A stretch of 64,000 nt of DNA from Burkholderiales bacterium (GCA_035499735.1 DATJYC010000043.1:15182-79181), one strand, 5' to 3'. Positions 28,067-39,546 are shown, counted from the first letter of the stretch. Made by a program: numbers and translations. The notes: generated by a model from the letters alone, not told the origin.

Positions 28067-28957
28067 ATGCGGGAAAAACTCGCCGTCGCGTTGCTCGCGC
28101 TTGTCCTGGAGGTCGTAGCCCCCTGCCGCGCCCAGGACACGTTCCGAAGCGAGGCCGGGCTGTCGTACTCGAACTTCAAGGGGAACGACCTGACCCGGAT
28201 ATCGGCCGGGGTCGACGGCACGTACTACTTCGACCCGCTGCCGCTGCATCCCGCGGACACGCCCTACGACCAGGTGCAGTTCGTCGAGCGGGTCGGGAGC
28301 GTCAGCGCGAACGCCGCGTGGACCTCGACCGACATCGAGGGCCAGGAGCGCCTGAGCAACGGCTACGACTACGGCGCAGCCGTGCAGTTCGCCCGGCCCG
28401 ACACGGTCCTGCGGGCCGCGGCCAGCGCCGAAGTCCTGAACCAGGGAAAGAGCAGGTCGAACGGCGTCGATATCGAAACCGAGACCAAGGCGTATCAGCT
28501 CTCGGTCGGCGCCTACGTCGCCAAAGCCACGAGCGTCGACCTCAATTTTTCGCGCAGCACGACCACGGCGTCCTCATCGGCGGGCATCCCCGATATCACC
28601 GTCGACGGGATCGCTCTCGTCGGCCAGCATCTCGAGCCGCTCGCCGTCAGCGCCCATGTCTTTTTCACCGCGAGGGCGGCCCAGTTCACGATCCGGTCCG
28701 AGGGGAGCTCGGATCAGAAGAACCGCGACCTTCAGGTCCAGGCCGTCTACTATCCGACGAAGCTCTTCGGGCTCAAGGCGGGGCTCGGGATCGACCGCGG
28801 CGACAACGACTCGCTGGAAGGCCAGACCCTGCTCCTCGGGTTGAAGACTTTCTTCACTCCGGCGGTCAGCCTGAGCCTCGATTTCCAGAGTTTCTACGCG
28901 AAGGCCGCGGGAAAGGACACCGACCTGGTCATGCTGAGAGGCGCGATGCGGTTTTAG
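28067..28957 (+). CDS. Putative general porin (outer-membrane beta-barrel)
   Basis: Signal peptide, DGTYYFDP, alternating strands and terminal Phe (GAMRF). Confidence 0.72.
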   Translation: MREKLAVALLALVLEVVAPCRAQDTFRSEAGLSYSNFKGNDLTRISAGVDGTYYFDPLPLHPADTPYDQVQFVERVGSVSANAAWTSTDIEGQERLSNGYDYGAAVQFARPDTVLRAAASAEVLNQGKSRSNGVDIETETKAYQLSVGAYVAKATSVDLNFSRSTTTASSSAGIPDITVDGIALVGQHLEPLAVSAHVFFTARAAQFTIRSEGSSDQKNRDLQVQAVYYPTKLFGLKAGLGIDRGDNDSLEGQTLLLGLKTFFTPAVSLSLDFQSFYAKAAGKDTDLVMLRGAMRF

Positions 28958-28964
28958 CCGATCG

Positions 28965-29813
28965 TTACTGCTTCTTGTTGTACGCGACCTGGTAGATGAC
29001 CAGCACGCCGTCCTTCGGCAGATCGGTGACGATGGGCTCGTTGTCCCCGCGCATCTTGATGACGAGCTTGCCTTTGTCCACGGTGTAGCGGCCCGAGTTC
29101 TGGGGGTCCCTCCGCTCGGCGGCGTCGAAGTCGAAGCGCCCGCCCGGCGCCTCGAGCCGGTCGTAGGCGCGATACGCGCGCCCGTTGGCCGAGAACACGT
29201 AGAAGTGCAGCGCCGTCTGGTAGGACGCGTAGCCGGTGACGTTCATCATCGTCGCGGTGTACTTCGCCTTCATGCCCTGGTAAAGACCGGCGACCTTGCT
29301 TCCCGCCTCGATGCTGAGGGGGGCCGCCGCAGGCGCGCCCTCGACCTTGAACGTGCTCGCCATCTGGTTGAGCCGCGGCGCCGCCATCTGCCATCCCTGC
29401 GCCGTGCCCGCCGAGGCATCGACGATCGCCGCCTCGTTTCCCTTCACGATCAGCATGCGGTTGTGCGGCCGCGCCAACCCCACGCGATTCTCGCTGAACG
29501 TCGCCGCGATCGCCGCGTCCGCGCCCGGAACCTGCACCCTCTGGAACGCCGGCTTGCCCGCGACGTTCTCCTCCTGGTGCATCGGCCCGATCCAGTCGCG
29601 CAGCAGCGTCCTCTGGAACGCCTGCACGATGTCGCCGCTGAACGGCCGGAACTGATAGACCTGCACCGACGCGTTCGTGCCGTTCAGGGAATAGTCGTCC
29701 GCCTGGATCGCCGACTTGAACGCATTCGCCGGCGGCGCGTACCGCAGGACGTGCGTCTGCGCCTGCGCCGCGCCCGCCAGCGCGAGCGCGACGATCGTCA
29801 TCGAAATCCGCAT
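28965..29813 (-). CDS. Secreted hypothetical protein
   Basis: Signal peptide (MRISMTIVALALAGAAQA) and GC3-biased codons; no family recognised. Confidence 0.72.
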   Translation of the reverse strand: MRISMTIVALALAGAAQAQTHVLRYAPPANAFKSAIQADDYSLNGTNASVQVYQFRPFSGDIVQAFQRTLLRDWIGPMHQEENVAGKPAFQRVQVPGADAAIAATFSENRVGLARPHNRMLIVKGNEAAIVDASAGTAQGWQMAAPRLNQMASTFKVEGAPAAAPLSIEAGSKVAGLYQGMKAKYTATMMNVTGYASYQTALHFYVFSANGRAYRAYDRLEAPGGRFDFDAAERRDPQNSGRYTVDKGKLVIKMRGDNEPIVTDLPKDGVLVIYQVAYNKKQ

Positions 29814-29951
29814 GCCGGCCTCCCGATCTCTCCGTGCACGCGGCCATTCTGCGCGCGGGAAGGCCCGGCGCGCAATGGGCGATCCGCTAGCGCCCGCTGT
29901 TTCGATGTCGCGGGCGCGCCGGCTCTCGCGCTGTTCCCTATAATCCGCTTC

Positions 29952-30284
29952 GTGCCGGACAGTCCGACGCTCAAATCCCGTCTCGACGCGCTGCTCCTCG
30001 CGCTTCCCGGCGTCGAGGCGCGCACGATCCACGGCCTCGACGCCTACTTCGTCGCCGACAAGATGTTCGCCTGCATCAGCGGCGGGGGCGTCGGCCTGCG
30101 TTTTCCCGCGCAGGTCGCGACCGAGCTGCAGTTCTCGCGCGACCACGTCACGGCGTTCCAGCCGCGCAGCTTACCCGCGACGCGCGAATGGGTGCAGGTC
30201 AACCGCGCCGATCCCGTGGATTACGCGAAAGATCTCGAGCTGTTCCAGGAATCCATCGCGTTCGTGAAGAAGGGACGGCGCTAA
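29952..30284 (+). CDS. Small TfoX-N/YjbR-like protein
   Basis: GTG start, 110 aa; LPGV...AYFVADKMFA...LR...EWV pattern typical of this fold. Confidence 0.6.
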   Translation: MPDSPTLKSRLDALLLALPGVEARTIHGLDAYFVADKMFACISGGGVGLRFPAQVATELQFSRDHVTAFQPRSLPATREWVQVNRADPVDYAKDLELFQESIAFVKKGRR

Positions 30285-30645
30285 GGGTTGACCGAACCGC
30301 TTGACAGTGGCCGCGGAAAGGCGCTCACTGGAAGCGCTACGGTGATTCGGCCCGAAACGATCTCGACCAAAGACTGAGATCCGGTTGCTGCACCGAGGTC
30401 CGCTGTTGTGCGCGCCCCGAAATCGCGGGTGTGCCTGAGGCGGGCGGGCGGCGACCACGTCGACACGATGTTGGAGCATCGCCCGGGCCGAAGCGCCGCA
30501 GCACGACGTCTGCGCAATAGTTGCAGTCGAGAGAGGAGGGCGATTCTATCGATGACGACTACGGACAGCACCACTTTCGCGCCGGATAAGGTTGACCGGC
30601 CTCGTCACGGTGATGTGACGCAAAGCAAACGCCACGACAGTGGCC

Positions 30646-30677
30646 AAAATGAAGCCCCGAAGCATCCCCGGGGCTTC
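30646..30677 (-). terminator. Intrinsic terminator downstream of ygiQ
   Basis: GAAGCCCCG-9 nt-CGGGGCTTC inverted repeat followed by ATTTT on the minus strand. Confidence 0.7.
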
Positions 30678-30688
30678 GCTTATTCAGG

Positions 30689-32818
<2,130 letters not shown>

Positions 32819-32850
32819 TATCGATGGCGTCATCGCGGCATTAGACCATC

Positions 32851-32887
32851 AAAAGAAAAGCGGCGGGCCCTCGCGGGCGCCGCCGCC
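32851..32887 (-). terminator. Intrinsic terminator after the small lipoprotein gene
   Basis: GC hairpin gcggcggcgccc-gcga-gggcccgccgc followed by TTTTCTTTT on the minus strand. Confidence 0.65.
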
Positions 32888-32905
32888 TTCCGGTTCGCTC
32901 AGCGC

Positions 32906-33127
32906 CTACTTCTTTGCGGGGTCGGCGTCGGACTTGGGCGCGCCGGACTTCGGCGCGTCGGACTTGGCCGCGTCGGCGGCCGGGGCCGCAGGCGCCGGAG
33001 CGGGAGCCGCCGCGGGAGCAGGGGCAGGCGCCGGAGCGGGCTGCACCTTGGGAGCTTCCTGTTTCTGGCCGCAGGCGGCAAGCGCGGCGATGAGTGCAGC
33101 GGACAACAGCAGCGATTTCGTGTTCAT
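32906..33127 (-). CDS. Small Pro/Ala-rich lipoprotein
   Basis: MNTKSLLLSAALIAALAAC lipobox, a PAPAPA tract and KS(D/G)A repeats; gaggaac RBS. Confidence 0.75.
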   Translation of the reverse strand: MNTKSLLLSAALIAALAACGQKQEAPKVQPAPAPAPAPAAAPAPAPAAPAADAAKSDAPKSGAPKSDADPAKK

Positions 33128-33145
33128 GTTCCTCGGGTCGTGGAT

Positions 33146-33188
33146 AAAGAAAAGCCCGCGGCGGGTGCCGCGGGCGGCTCGAATTATA
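33146..33188 (-). promoter_or_regulatory. Sigma70 -10 box (TATAAT) followed immediately by a hairpin and U-tract
   Basis: Minus-strand TATAAT at 33183-33188, perfect 9-bp stem at 33154-33175, then TTTTCTTT. Confidence 0.5.
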
Positions 33189-33563
33189 TCAGAGCAGCAG
33201 GATCAGGATAATGACCCCGAGCAGGATGATCAGGATGAGCTGGAAGTCGGTGAGCCGGCCGCCGGCGGGCAGCGAGTCCATGTTCTGAGCGATGAGGCGC
33301 ACTTCGGCGTCGCTCATCGCACGCACCCGCGCCTTCGCCTCGTCCGGCGTGACGCCCAGCGACTGGAGCTGCTTCACCACCTCGGGCCGGTCGAGGAAGG
33401 CACGCAGCTTCTCCCGGTCGGCGTTCGGGTTGGCCGGCTCCATGGAGGCGGCCGCCTCGTCGGTACCGACCATCTCGGCATTCGCCGTTCCGCAGCACAG
33501 CGCGAACCCGACGAGCGAAGCACCGAGAAGGCGCGACAGGGTTCGGTAGAGACGTTCGTTCAT
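33189..33563 (-). CDS. PA2779-like small secreted/membrane protein
   Basis: Signal peptide, REKLRAFLDRPEV..QL..LGV.P.EA.ARV..MSD.E...PAGG and a hydrophobic C-terminal tail. Confidence 0.78.
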   Translation of the reverse strand: MNERLYRTLSRLLGASLVGFALCCGTANAEMVGTDEAAASMEPANPNADREKLRAFLDRPEVVKQLQSLGVTPDEAKARVRAMSDAEVRLIAQNMDSLPAGGRLTDFQLILIILLGVIILILLL

Positions 33564-33629
33564 GGCTTCTCCCCGCAGGTATGGGAACGGCGCGATTGTA
33601 ATCGGGAATGACTGCCGGGGCGCCGCGCG

Positions 33630-34532
33630 CTAGTGCAATATTCCCGCTTCGCGCATATAACGCAGCACGCCCGGATGGATCAGATCCCGCCGCGGCGCGG
33701 CGGCGAGCGTGTTCTCCAGCGTCGACTCCTGCCCCTGGGCGTGGCGCGCGGCGATCACGGCCTTGCCCCTGTGGAGCGCGCGCGCCAGGCGGTACGCCAC
33801 ATCCTCGGGCAGCGAAGGCGCCGCGAGCACCAGCGAATACGATCCCGGCGCAGTCATCGGCGCGTCCTGGCCGGGATAGCTGCCGGCAGGCACGGTGATC
33901 GGCTTGATGAAGGGATGCTTCGCGAGCACGCGCTTCATGTCCTCGGGCGAGGGCGCGATGAAATGCGCGCCTCCCGGGGATTTCGCGAGCGCCATGAACC
34001 CGGGCCAGCCTATGCCTCCGCCCCAAAGCGCGGCAGCGCGCCCGTCCTGCACCATCGCCGGGCCGTCTCCGGCCTTCTCCAGGAAGATCGGCGAGAAGTC
34101 GCGGCTGATGTCCAGCCCGAGCCCGTCGAACACGTAGCGCGCCAGCACCACGAACCCGGAGCCCGACGCTCCCCAGGCGACGGGCTTGCCCTTCAGGTCC
34201 GCGCAGGAGCGCGCGGGGCTGTCGGCGCGCACGACGAACATGCCGAAGTTCGAGTACATCGCGTTGATGATGCGAAGATCGGCCTTTGGCCGGCCGATCC
34301 CCTGCAGGGCCTCGTAGGCGACCTCGCCGGTCGCCTGGCCGATGTCGATCTCGCCGGCCTCGAGCAGCGGGATGTTCTCGGTGCTTCCCTTGGTGTTGCG
34401 CGGCTCGACCGAGAGCGTCGGGTCCATCTCGTTGAGCGTGCTCGAATACGCGGCCCCGTAGACCGGAAAGCCTCCGCCCGGGGTCGCCGTACCGAGCACA
34501 ACCACGGTCTTCTGCTGGCCCGTCGCGATCAT
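33630..34532 (-). CDS. TAXI family solute-binding protein with no evident signal peptide
   Basis: GTATPGGGF, TKGSTENI, WGASGSG and IHPG(V/A).RY motifs. Confidence 0.85.
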   Translation of the reverse strand: MIATGQQKTVVVLGTATPGGGFPVYGAAYSSTLNEMDPTLSVEPRNTKGSTENIPLLEAGEIDIGQATGEVAYEALQGIGRPKADLRIINAMYSNFGMFVVRADSPARSCADLKGKPVAWGASGSGFVVLARYVFDGLGLDISRDFSPIFLEKAGDGPAMVQDGRAAALWGGGIGWPGFMALAKSPGGAHFIAPSPEDMKRVLAKHPFIKPITVPAGSYPGQDAPMTAPGSYSLVLAAPSLPEDVAYRLARALHRGKAVIAARHAQGQESTLENTLAAAPRRDLIHPGVLRYMREAGILH

Positions 34533-34714
34533 CTCTTTACTCGGGGGTGCTCCGCCCGGTTCACGTTCTTCACTTTGTAACAGGATTTTGCGGATCGCTG
34601 GAATATAAATGACGGCAGGGCATTGCCACCCAACAACGGGGAGCTTCGGCCGTGGTATTCTTTTCCGCAGGTTCATCCGTTAACCCCGCTTTCTTCTGAG
34701 AGGAGGACCACACC

Positions 34715-35299
34715 ATGAAGATCGCCGGCTCGCTTTTCGCTTCGGGCAGGACCCTCGCCGCGGCCACGCTCGCCCTGGTTCTCGCCGCCTGCGGCGGGGG
34801 CAAGACCGTGGTCGAGAGCGACCTCGGCATCAAGGGCGCCCCCGACTGGGTCAACAAGGGGACGCAGGCCGTCAACGACAAGGACGGAAGGCTGTTCCAC
34901 GGGGTCGGATCGTCGCCCTCGCTCGGGGACGAGGCGCTGCAGCGCTCGACCGCGGACGACCGCGCGCGCGCCGAAGTCGGGCGCATGCTCTCGACCTACC
35001 TCGACGTGGTCGGCAACGACTTCACGGCGTCGGCGGGCACGGGCAGCAACGCCAGCGCCGACCAGTCGGTGTCGCGCCAGATCAAGGCGATCACCAAGGT
35101 GAATCTGGCGGGCTCGAAGATCATCGGGCGCTGGAAGGACCAGAAGACCAACATGGTCTGGTCGATCGCCGAGCTCGACCTGAAGCAGGTGAAGAGCACG
35201 CTCGAGAACGCCAACAGCATGAACGAGGACCTGCGGCGCTACATCGGCCAGAACGCCGACAATATCTTCGACAAGGTATCGGGGGGGAAGGGCAAATGA
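34715..35299 (+). CDS. LPP20-like lipoprotein
   Basis: GGAGG RBS, LAAC lipobox, APDWV and ADDRARAEV. Confidence 0.75.
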   Translation: MKIAGSLFASGRTLAAATLALVLAACGGGKTVVESDLGIKGAPDWVNKGTQAVNDKDGRLFHGVGSSPSLGDEALQRSTADDRARAEVGRMLSTYLDVVGNDFTASAGTGSNASADQSVSRQIKAITKVNLAGSKIIGRWKDQKTNMVWSIAELDLKQVKSTLENANSMNEDLRRYIGQNADNIFDKVSGGKGK

Positions 35300-35904
35300 G
35301 GGGTCATCGATGGCTGCGCGTCGGGTTCGCCCTGCTCGCGCTCGCAACGGTATCGGCCTGCTCGACCAAGGTCGAGCGCCTGGACGAGTCGCAGGCGGTG
35401 GACCTGAGCGGGGCCTGGAACGATACGGACTCGAGGCTCGTGTCCCAGGAAATGATCCAGGACTCGCTGTCGCGTGCGTGGCTGCAGGAATTCAGGGGTC
35501 GGGCCGGACAGTCGCGGCCGGCGGTGATAGTCGGCGAAGTGCGCAACATGAGCCACGAGCACATCAACACGCAGACGTTCACGCTGGAGATGGAGCGCGC
35601 GCTGATCAACTCGGGCAAGGTCGATTTCGTCGCCAACAAGTCGGAACGCCAGGGAATCCGCGACGAGCGCAAGGACCAGGACCTCAACGCCCGCGAGGAC
35701 ACGCGCAACGCGATGGGCAGGGAGCTAGGCGCGGATTTCATGCTCTCCGGGACGATCAACACCATCGTCGACCCGAACGGGGACACGCAGGTCCGCTTCT
35801 ACCAGGTCAACATGACCCTCATCAGCCTCGCGGACAACCGCAAGGTCTGGGTCGGCCAGAAGGACATCAGGAAGCTGGTCACGCGCAGCAAGCTGCGCTT
35901 CTAG
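35296..35904 (+). CDS. LpoB-like (CsgG-fold) lipoprotein
   Basis: VSAC lipobox, NMSHEHINT, ELGADFML.G.I, YQVNMTL and VW.GQK.I.K. Confidence 0.8.
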   Translation: MRGHRWLRVGFALLALATVSACSTKVERLDESQAVDLSGAWNDTDSRLVSQEMIQDSLSRAWLQEFRGRAGQSRPAVIVGEVRNMSHEHINTQTFTLEMERALINSGKVDFVANKSERQGIRDERKDQDLNAREDTRNAMGRELGADFMLSGTINTIVDPNGDTQVRFYQVNMTLISLADNRKVWVGQKDIRKLVTRSKLRF

Positions 35905-35922
35905 CGCAGTCCGGCGAAGGCC

Positions 35923-37272
35923 GTGTCTGCGGGAGGCCCTGCGGCGAGGCTCCGGCTGCCGTGCGCGGCGGCGTGCCTCGCCGCGCTTGCCGGCTGCGCG
36001 ACCTTCAGCGACACCATCCAGTCCACCGAGCGCAGCCTCGCGCAGCAGCAGCCCAAGGCGGCCCTCGCCGAGTACCAGAAGCTGAAACCAAATGCCGCCG
36101 ACCGCGTTCTCTACCTCATGAACACGGGAATGCTGGAGCGCATGGCCGGAGACTACGACGCGAGCACGCGCACGCTCGAGAGCGCCAAGGGCCAGATCGA
36201 GCAGCTCAGGGCGCTCAGCCTGCGCGAGCAGGCTCTTTCGATCACCGTGAACGACGCCACCAAGGCCTTCACCGGCGAGGACTACGAGCGCGTGATGGTG
36301 AACAACTTCCTCGCGCTCAACTATCTGGAGCGGGGACAGCTCGACGCCGCGCGCGTCGAGGCGCTGCAGGTCGACGTGCTGCTGCGCGAGAAGCGGCAGC
36401 GAACCTCCAAGGGCAACCCGTACCAGGAGGACGCGTTCGCCCGCTACCTCACCGGCATCATCTACGAGGATGAGGGCGAGTGGAGCGACGCCATGATCTC
36501 CTACCGCCAGGCCTACGAGGCCTACAACCGGCAGCTCAAGGCGTTCGGCGTCGCGATGCCCGAGACGCTGAAGCACGACCTGATACGCCTGGCCGACCGC
36601 ATGGGGATCGCCGACGAGGCGAAGCGCTACCGGGAGGAGTTCAAGATCGACCAGACGCCGAGCGAGGCGGAGCTTCTCGAGCGCGGCGAGGTCGTCTTTA
36701 TCGTCAACGCCGGGCTCGCCCCGCTCAAGCGCGAGAAGGCGGTCACCGCGCCCAACCCGGCGACCGGGCGCATCGTCAGGGTCGCAGTGCCGGAGTACCG
36801 GCCGAGGACGCATCCCTTCGCGTACGCGCTCCTGAGCGCCGACTCCGCGTCGGCGCGGACCTCGCGGGTGGAGAACGTCGAGGCAATCGCCATCAAGACA
36901 CTCGATTCCGAGTTGCCCGGGATCACCGCGCGCGCCATCGCGCGCGCGATAGCGAAGGACAGCCTCGCCGGCGCCGCGGCGAGCTCCGGCAACAACAGCA
37001 ACAGCTCGGGCGCCGCCCTGCTCGGCCTGGCGGTCAACCTCGCCGGCGTGTTCACCGAGCGCGCCGATACCCGCAGCTGGTTCACGCTGCCGGGAGAGAT
37101 CCATCTCGCGCGCCTGGCGCTGCCGCCGGGCGAGTACAAGCTGAAGATCGAGCTCCACGGCAAGGACGAGCGCGTGCTCGACTCGAACGAAATCAAGATA
37201 GCGCTCCGCAAGGGGGAAAAGAAATACCTGTCGCGGTACTGGATTCCAACCAATCTCGAGGTCAGACCATGA
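35923..37272 (+). CDS. COG3014-like TPR lipoprotein
   Basis: LAGC lipobox, LYLMNTG, F.GEDYE, ARYLTGIIYE, ERADTRSW.TLP and a C-terminal beta domain. Confidence 0.78.
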   Translation: MSAGGPAARLRLPCAAACLAALAGCATFSDTIQSTERSLAQQQPKAALAEYQKLKPNAADRVLYLMNTGMLERMAGDYDASTRTLESAKGQIEQLRALSLREQALSITVNDATKAFTGEDYERVMVNNFLALNYLERGQLDAARVEALQVDVLLREKRQRTSKGNPYQEDAFARYLTGIIYEDEGEWSDAMISYRQAYEAYNRQLKAFGVAMPETLKHDLIRLADRMGIADEAKRYREEFKIDQTPSEAELLERGEVVFIVNAGLAPLKREKAVTAPNPATGRIVRVAVPEYRPRTHPFAYALLSADSASARTSRVENVEAIAIKTLDSELPGITARAIARAIAKDSLAGAAASSGNNSNSSGAALLGLAVNLAGVFTERADTRSWFTLPGEIHLARLALPPGEYKLKIELHGKDERVLDSNEIKIALRKGEKKYLSRYWIPTNLEVRP

Positions 37273-38255
37273 AGCCATGGCTATCAATCGTTGCAGCGGG
37301 CGTTATTCTGTTCGGGTGCGCGTCGGCGCCCACGACTCCGGACTGGGTCAGCGGCAAGAGCGCCAAGTATCCGGACAACCAGTATCTCGTCGGCCGCGGC
37401 CAGGCCGACACCCTGGACGACGCGCGCAACCGCGCGCGCGCCGACCTGGCCAAGATCCTCGAGGTCGCGGTGTCGGCGAAATCGAGCGACGTCACTGCCT
37501 ACAGCTCGGGTCCGGCCGGCGGTACCGAGTCCCAGGTCTCGCGCAGCATCACGACGCGCACCGACCAGATCGTGCGCGGCATCCAGATCCCCGAGGTGTG
37601 GCAGGACCCGAAGACCAAGTCGTACTCGGCGCTCGCGGTGCTGCCGCGCAACCAGGCCGCGATGGGCCTGCGCGCCGACATCGACCGGCTGGACGCGGCG
37701 ACGCGGGGCTACGTCGCGCAGGCCCGCAGCGCGCCAGACCTGCTCGCCCAGGTGGCCGCCGCCAGCCGGGCGCTCGACTCGCAGCGCGAGCGCGACGGCG
37801 TGCAGCGGACTCTCCAGGTGATCGACGTCACGGGCCAGGGCGTGGCGCCGGAATTCAACAGCGGCCAGCTCGCCGCGGACCTCGGCACTCTGCTCAAGCG
37901 CGTGCACATGAGGCCGCAGGCGCCGTCCTCTCAGGAACTGGAGCGCATGCTCTCCGCGGCGCTGTCAGCAGCGGGATTCGTGCCGGAGGCGGGCGAGGAC
38001 GCGCCGTACGTGCTGTTCGGCTCGCTTCAGATGGACGACCTGGGGCTGATCAACGGCTGGTACTGGATGCGCGGCACCCTCGAGGTCCAGCTCGCGGAGA
38101 AGGCGAGCGGCAAGGTCCGCGGGAACAAGCGCTGGGAGATCAAGACCTCCAGCCCGCAGCAGGCAACTGCGCGGCGGCGCACGATGGACGAGGCCGATGC
38201 GACGCTGAAGCGCGAGCTTCGGCCGACGATCCTCGGCTTCGCGACCGGCAGCTGA
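37269..38255 (+). CDS. LPP20-like lipoprotein, longer form
   Basis: LFGC lipobox, PDWV, YLVGRG and ARNRARADLAK. ATGA-coupled to the upstream gene. Confidence 0.75.
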   Translation: MKPWLSIVAAGVILFGCASAPTTPDWVSGKSAKYPDNQYLVGRGQADTLDDARNRARADLAKILEVAVSAKSSDVTAYSSGPAGGTESQVSRSITTRTDQIVRGIQIPEVWQDPKTKSYSALAVLPRNQAAMGLRADIDRLDAATRGYVAQARSAPDLLAQVAAASRALDSQRERDGVQRTLQVIDVTGQGVAPEFNSGQLAADLGTLLKRVHMRPQAPSSQELERMLSAALSAAGFVPEAGEDAPYVLFGSLQMDDLGLINGWYWMRGTLEVQLAEKASGKVRGNKRWEIKTSSPQQATARRRTMDEADATLKRELRPTILGFATGS

Positions 38256-38278
38256 CGGCCCGTCCCACCGGGCCGTCA
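38253..38278. terminator. Hairpin between convergent genes
   Basis: Perfect 10-bp stem TGACGGCCCG-tcccac-CGGGCCGTCA; no clear U-tract. Confidence 0.45.
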
Positions 38279-38306
38279 TTCTCATCGGTCCAGCTCGACG
38301 GCATGC

Positions 38307-38999
38307 TCATCCCTGCAGCCGCCTCGCGTGGATGCGGAACCGCAGCGCGAGGCCGTCCTTCACCGCGATCGCGCCGCCGAGGAGCGCGTAGGGCGTGATA
38401 CCGAAGTCTGTCTGCTTGAACGCGAGCTTGCCGGAGACGGCGATCGCCTCGTCGCCGGCCTCGACCTCGGCCGGGACCTGGAAGCTTCGCGTCTGGCCGT
38501 GAAGGGTAATCGCAACGGCGAGCGTCGGATTTTTCGCCTTGGCGTCGGCGCCCGTCACGGCGATGACCGCGTAAGGATACTTGTCCGCCTCGAGGACGTG
38601 GCCGAGCATGTTCGAGCGCGTGCCCTCGATGTCGGAATCGGTGGGCTGGGTGTCGAATCCCGCCTCCTTGCGCAGCCCGGGCTCGTCGACGACGAGGCGC
38701 GCGACGGCGACGTACAGGTCGGCGCGTCCCTCGCCGGGCGCGACCCAGCCGGTGACATCGTGACTCGCGACGACGTGGTCATGGCCGAGCCGCGCGAGCG
38801 AGCCGCCGCGGCGCACCTCGATAACCACGAGCGACGCCGCGGAATCGACGCGGTACACGGGCTGACCCGCCTTTAGCGCCTGCTGATAATGGCTTCCGGG
38901 GAATCCGGGTGGCGGCGCGACGGGCGCCTCGACGCGGAACAGCTCCGCGCACCCGGCGACCAGCGTCGCCGCCGCGGCGAGCGCAAGAAGGCGTCTCAT
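38307..38999 (-). CDS. YceI-family lipoprotein
   Basis: VAGC lipobox, YRVDSAAS, GHDHVV, LTLHG-like ITLHGQT and FKQTDFGI. Confidence 0.82.
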   Translation of the reverse strand: MRRLLALAAAATLVAGCAELFRVEAPVAPPPGFPGSHYQQALKAGQPVYRVDSAASLVVIEVRRGGSLARLGHDHVVASHDVTGWVAPGEGRADLYVAVARLVVDEPGLRKEAGFDTQPTDSDIEGTRSNMLGHVLEADKYPYAVIAVTGADAKAKNPTLAVAITLHGQTRSFQVPAEVEAGDEAIAVSGKLAFKQTDFGITPYALLGGAIAVKDGLALRFRIHARRLQG

Positions 39000-39000
39000 C

Positions 39001-39546
39001 TCAGGCCTTCTTCAGCTTAACCTTGAACTTCACCTTCACCTCGGCGCCGATGGTGTCGGTCGCCTTCCATTCGCCCAGGCCGATGCCGAAATCGCCGCGC
39101 CTGAGCGTGAGCTCGCCTTCGATGGTCGCGCCGTCGCCCGAAGACGCCCAGGTGAAGGGCACCTCGACCGCCTGCTTCACGCCCTTCAGCGAAAGCGTCC
39201 CTCGCGCCGCGTAGCGGTTGCCCTCGACGCGCCGCAACTCGGTCGAGTGAAACTCGGCGCCGGGAAAACCGGCGTAGTCGAACCAGTCCTTGTTGCGGAT
39301 CTCCTTGTTCACGTCCGGGATGCTCATGTCCGCGCTCGTCACCTTGACGGTGACGTGCAGGCTGCCGCCCGCGGGCTTTTCCGGATCGAAGGCAAGACGC
39401 GCGTCGAACTCCCTGAACACGCCAGGCGCCGGGTTCTTCTCGAAGGTGGCGACGAACTCGAGCCGGCTGCCCGCGGGATCCATTTTCCAATCCGCGGCGA
39501 GCACCGGAGAGGCGGCGAGGAAGGCGCAAAAGAGGAGGATCTTCAT
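39001..39546 (-). CDS. YceI-family periplasmic protein
   Basis: Signal peptide, WKMDPAGSRLEF, WFD...FP.A.F, GTLSLKG and RGDFGIG. Confidence 0.88.
   Translation of the reverse strand: MKILLFCAFLAASPVLAADWKMDPAGSRLEFVATFEKNPAPGVFREFDARLAFDPEKPAGGSLHVTVKVTSADMSIPDVNKEIRNKDWFDYAGFPGAEFHSTELRRVEGNRYAARGTLSLKGVKQAVEVPFTWASSGDGATIEGELTLRRGDFGIGLGEWKATDTIGAEVKVKFKVKLKKA

Noticed and set aside
32915-33050. Short tandem repeats (KS(D/G)A, PAPAPA) and the Pro/Ala tract at about 15420-15590
   Set aside because: These are low-complexity protein linkers, not independent DNA elements.
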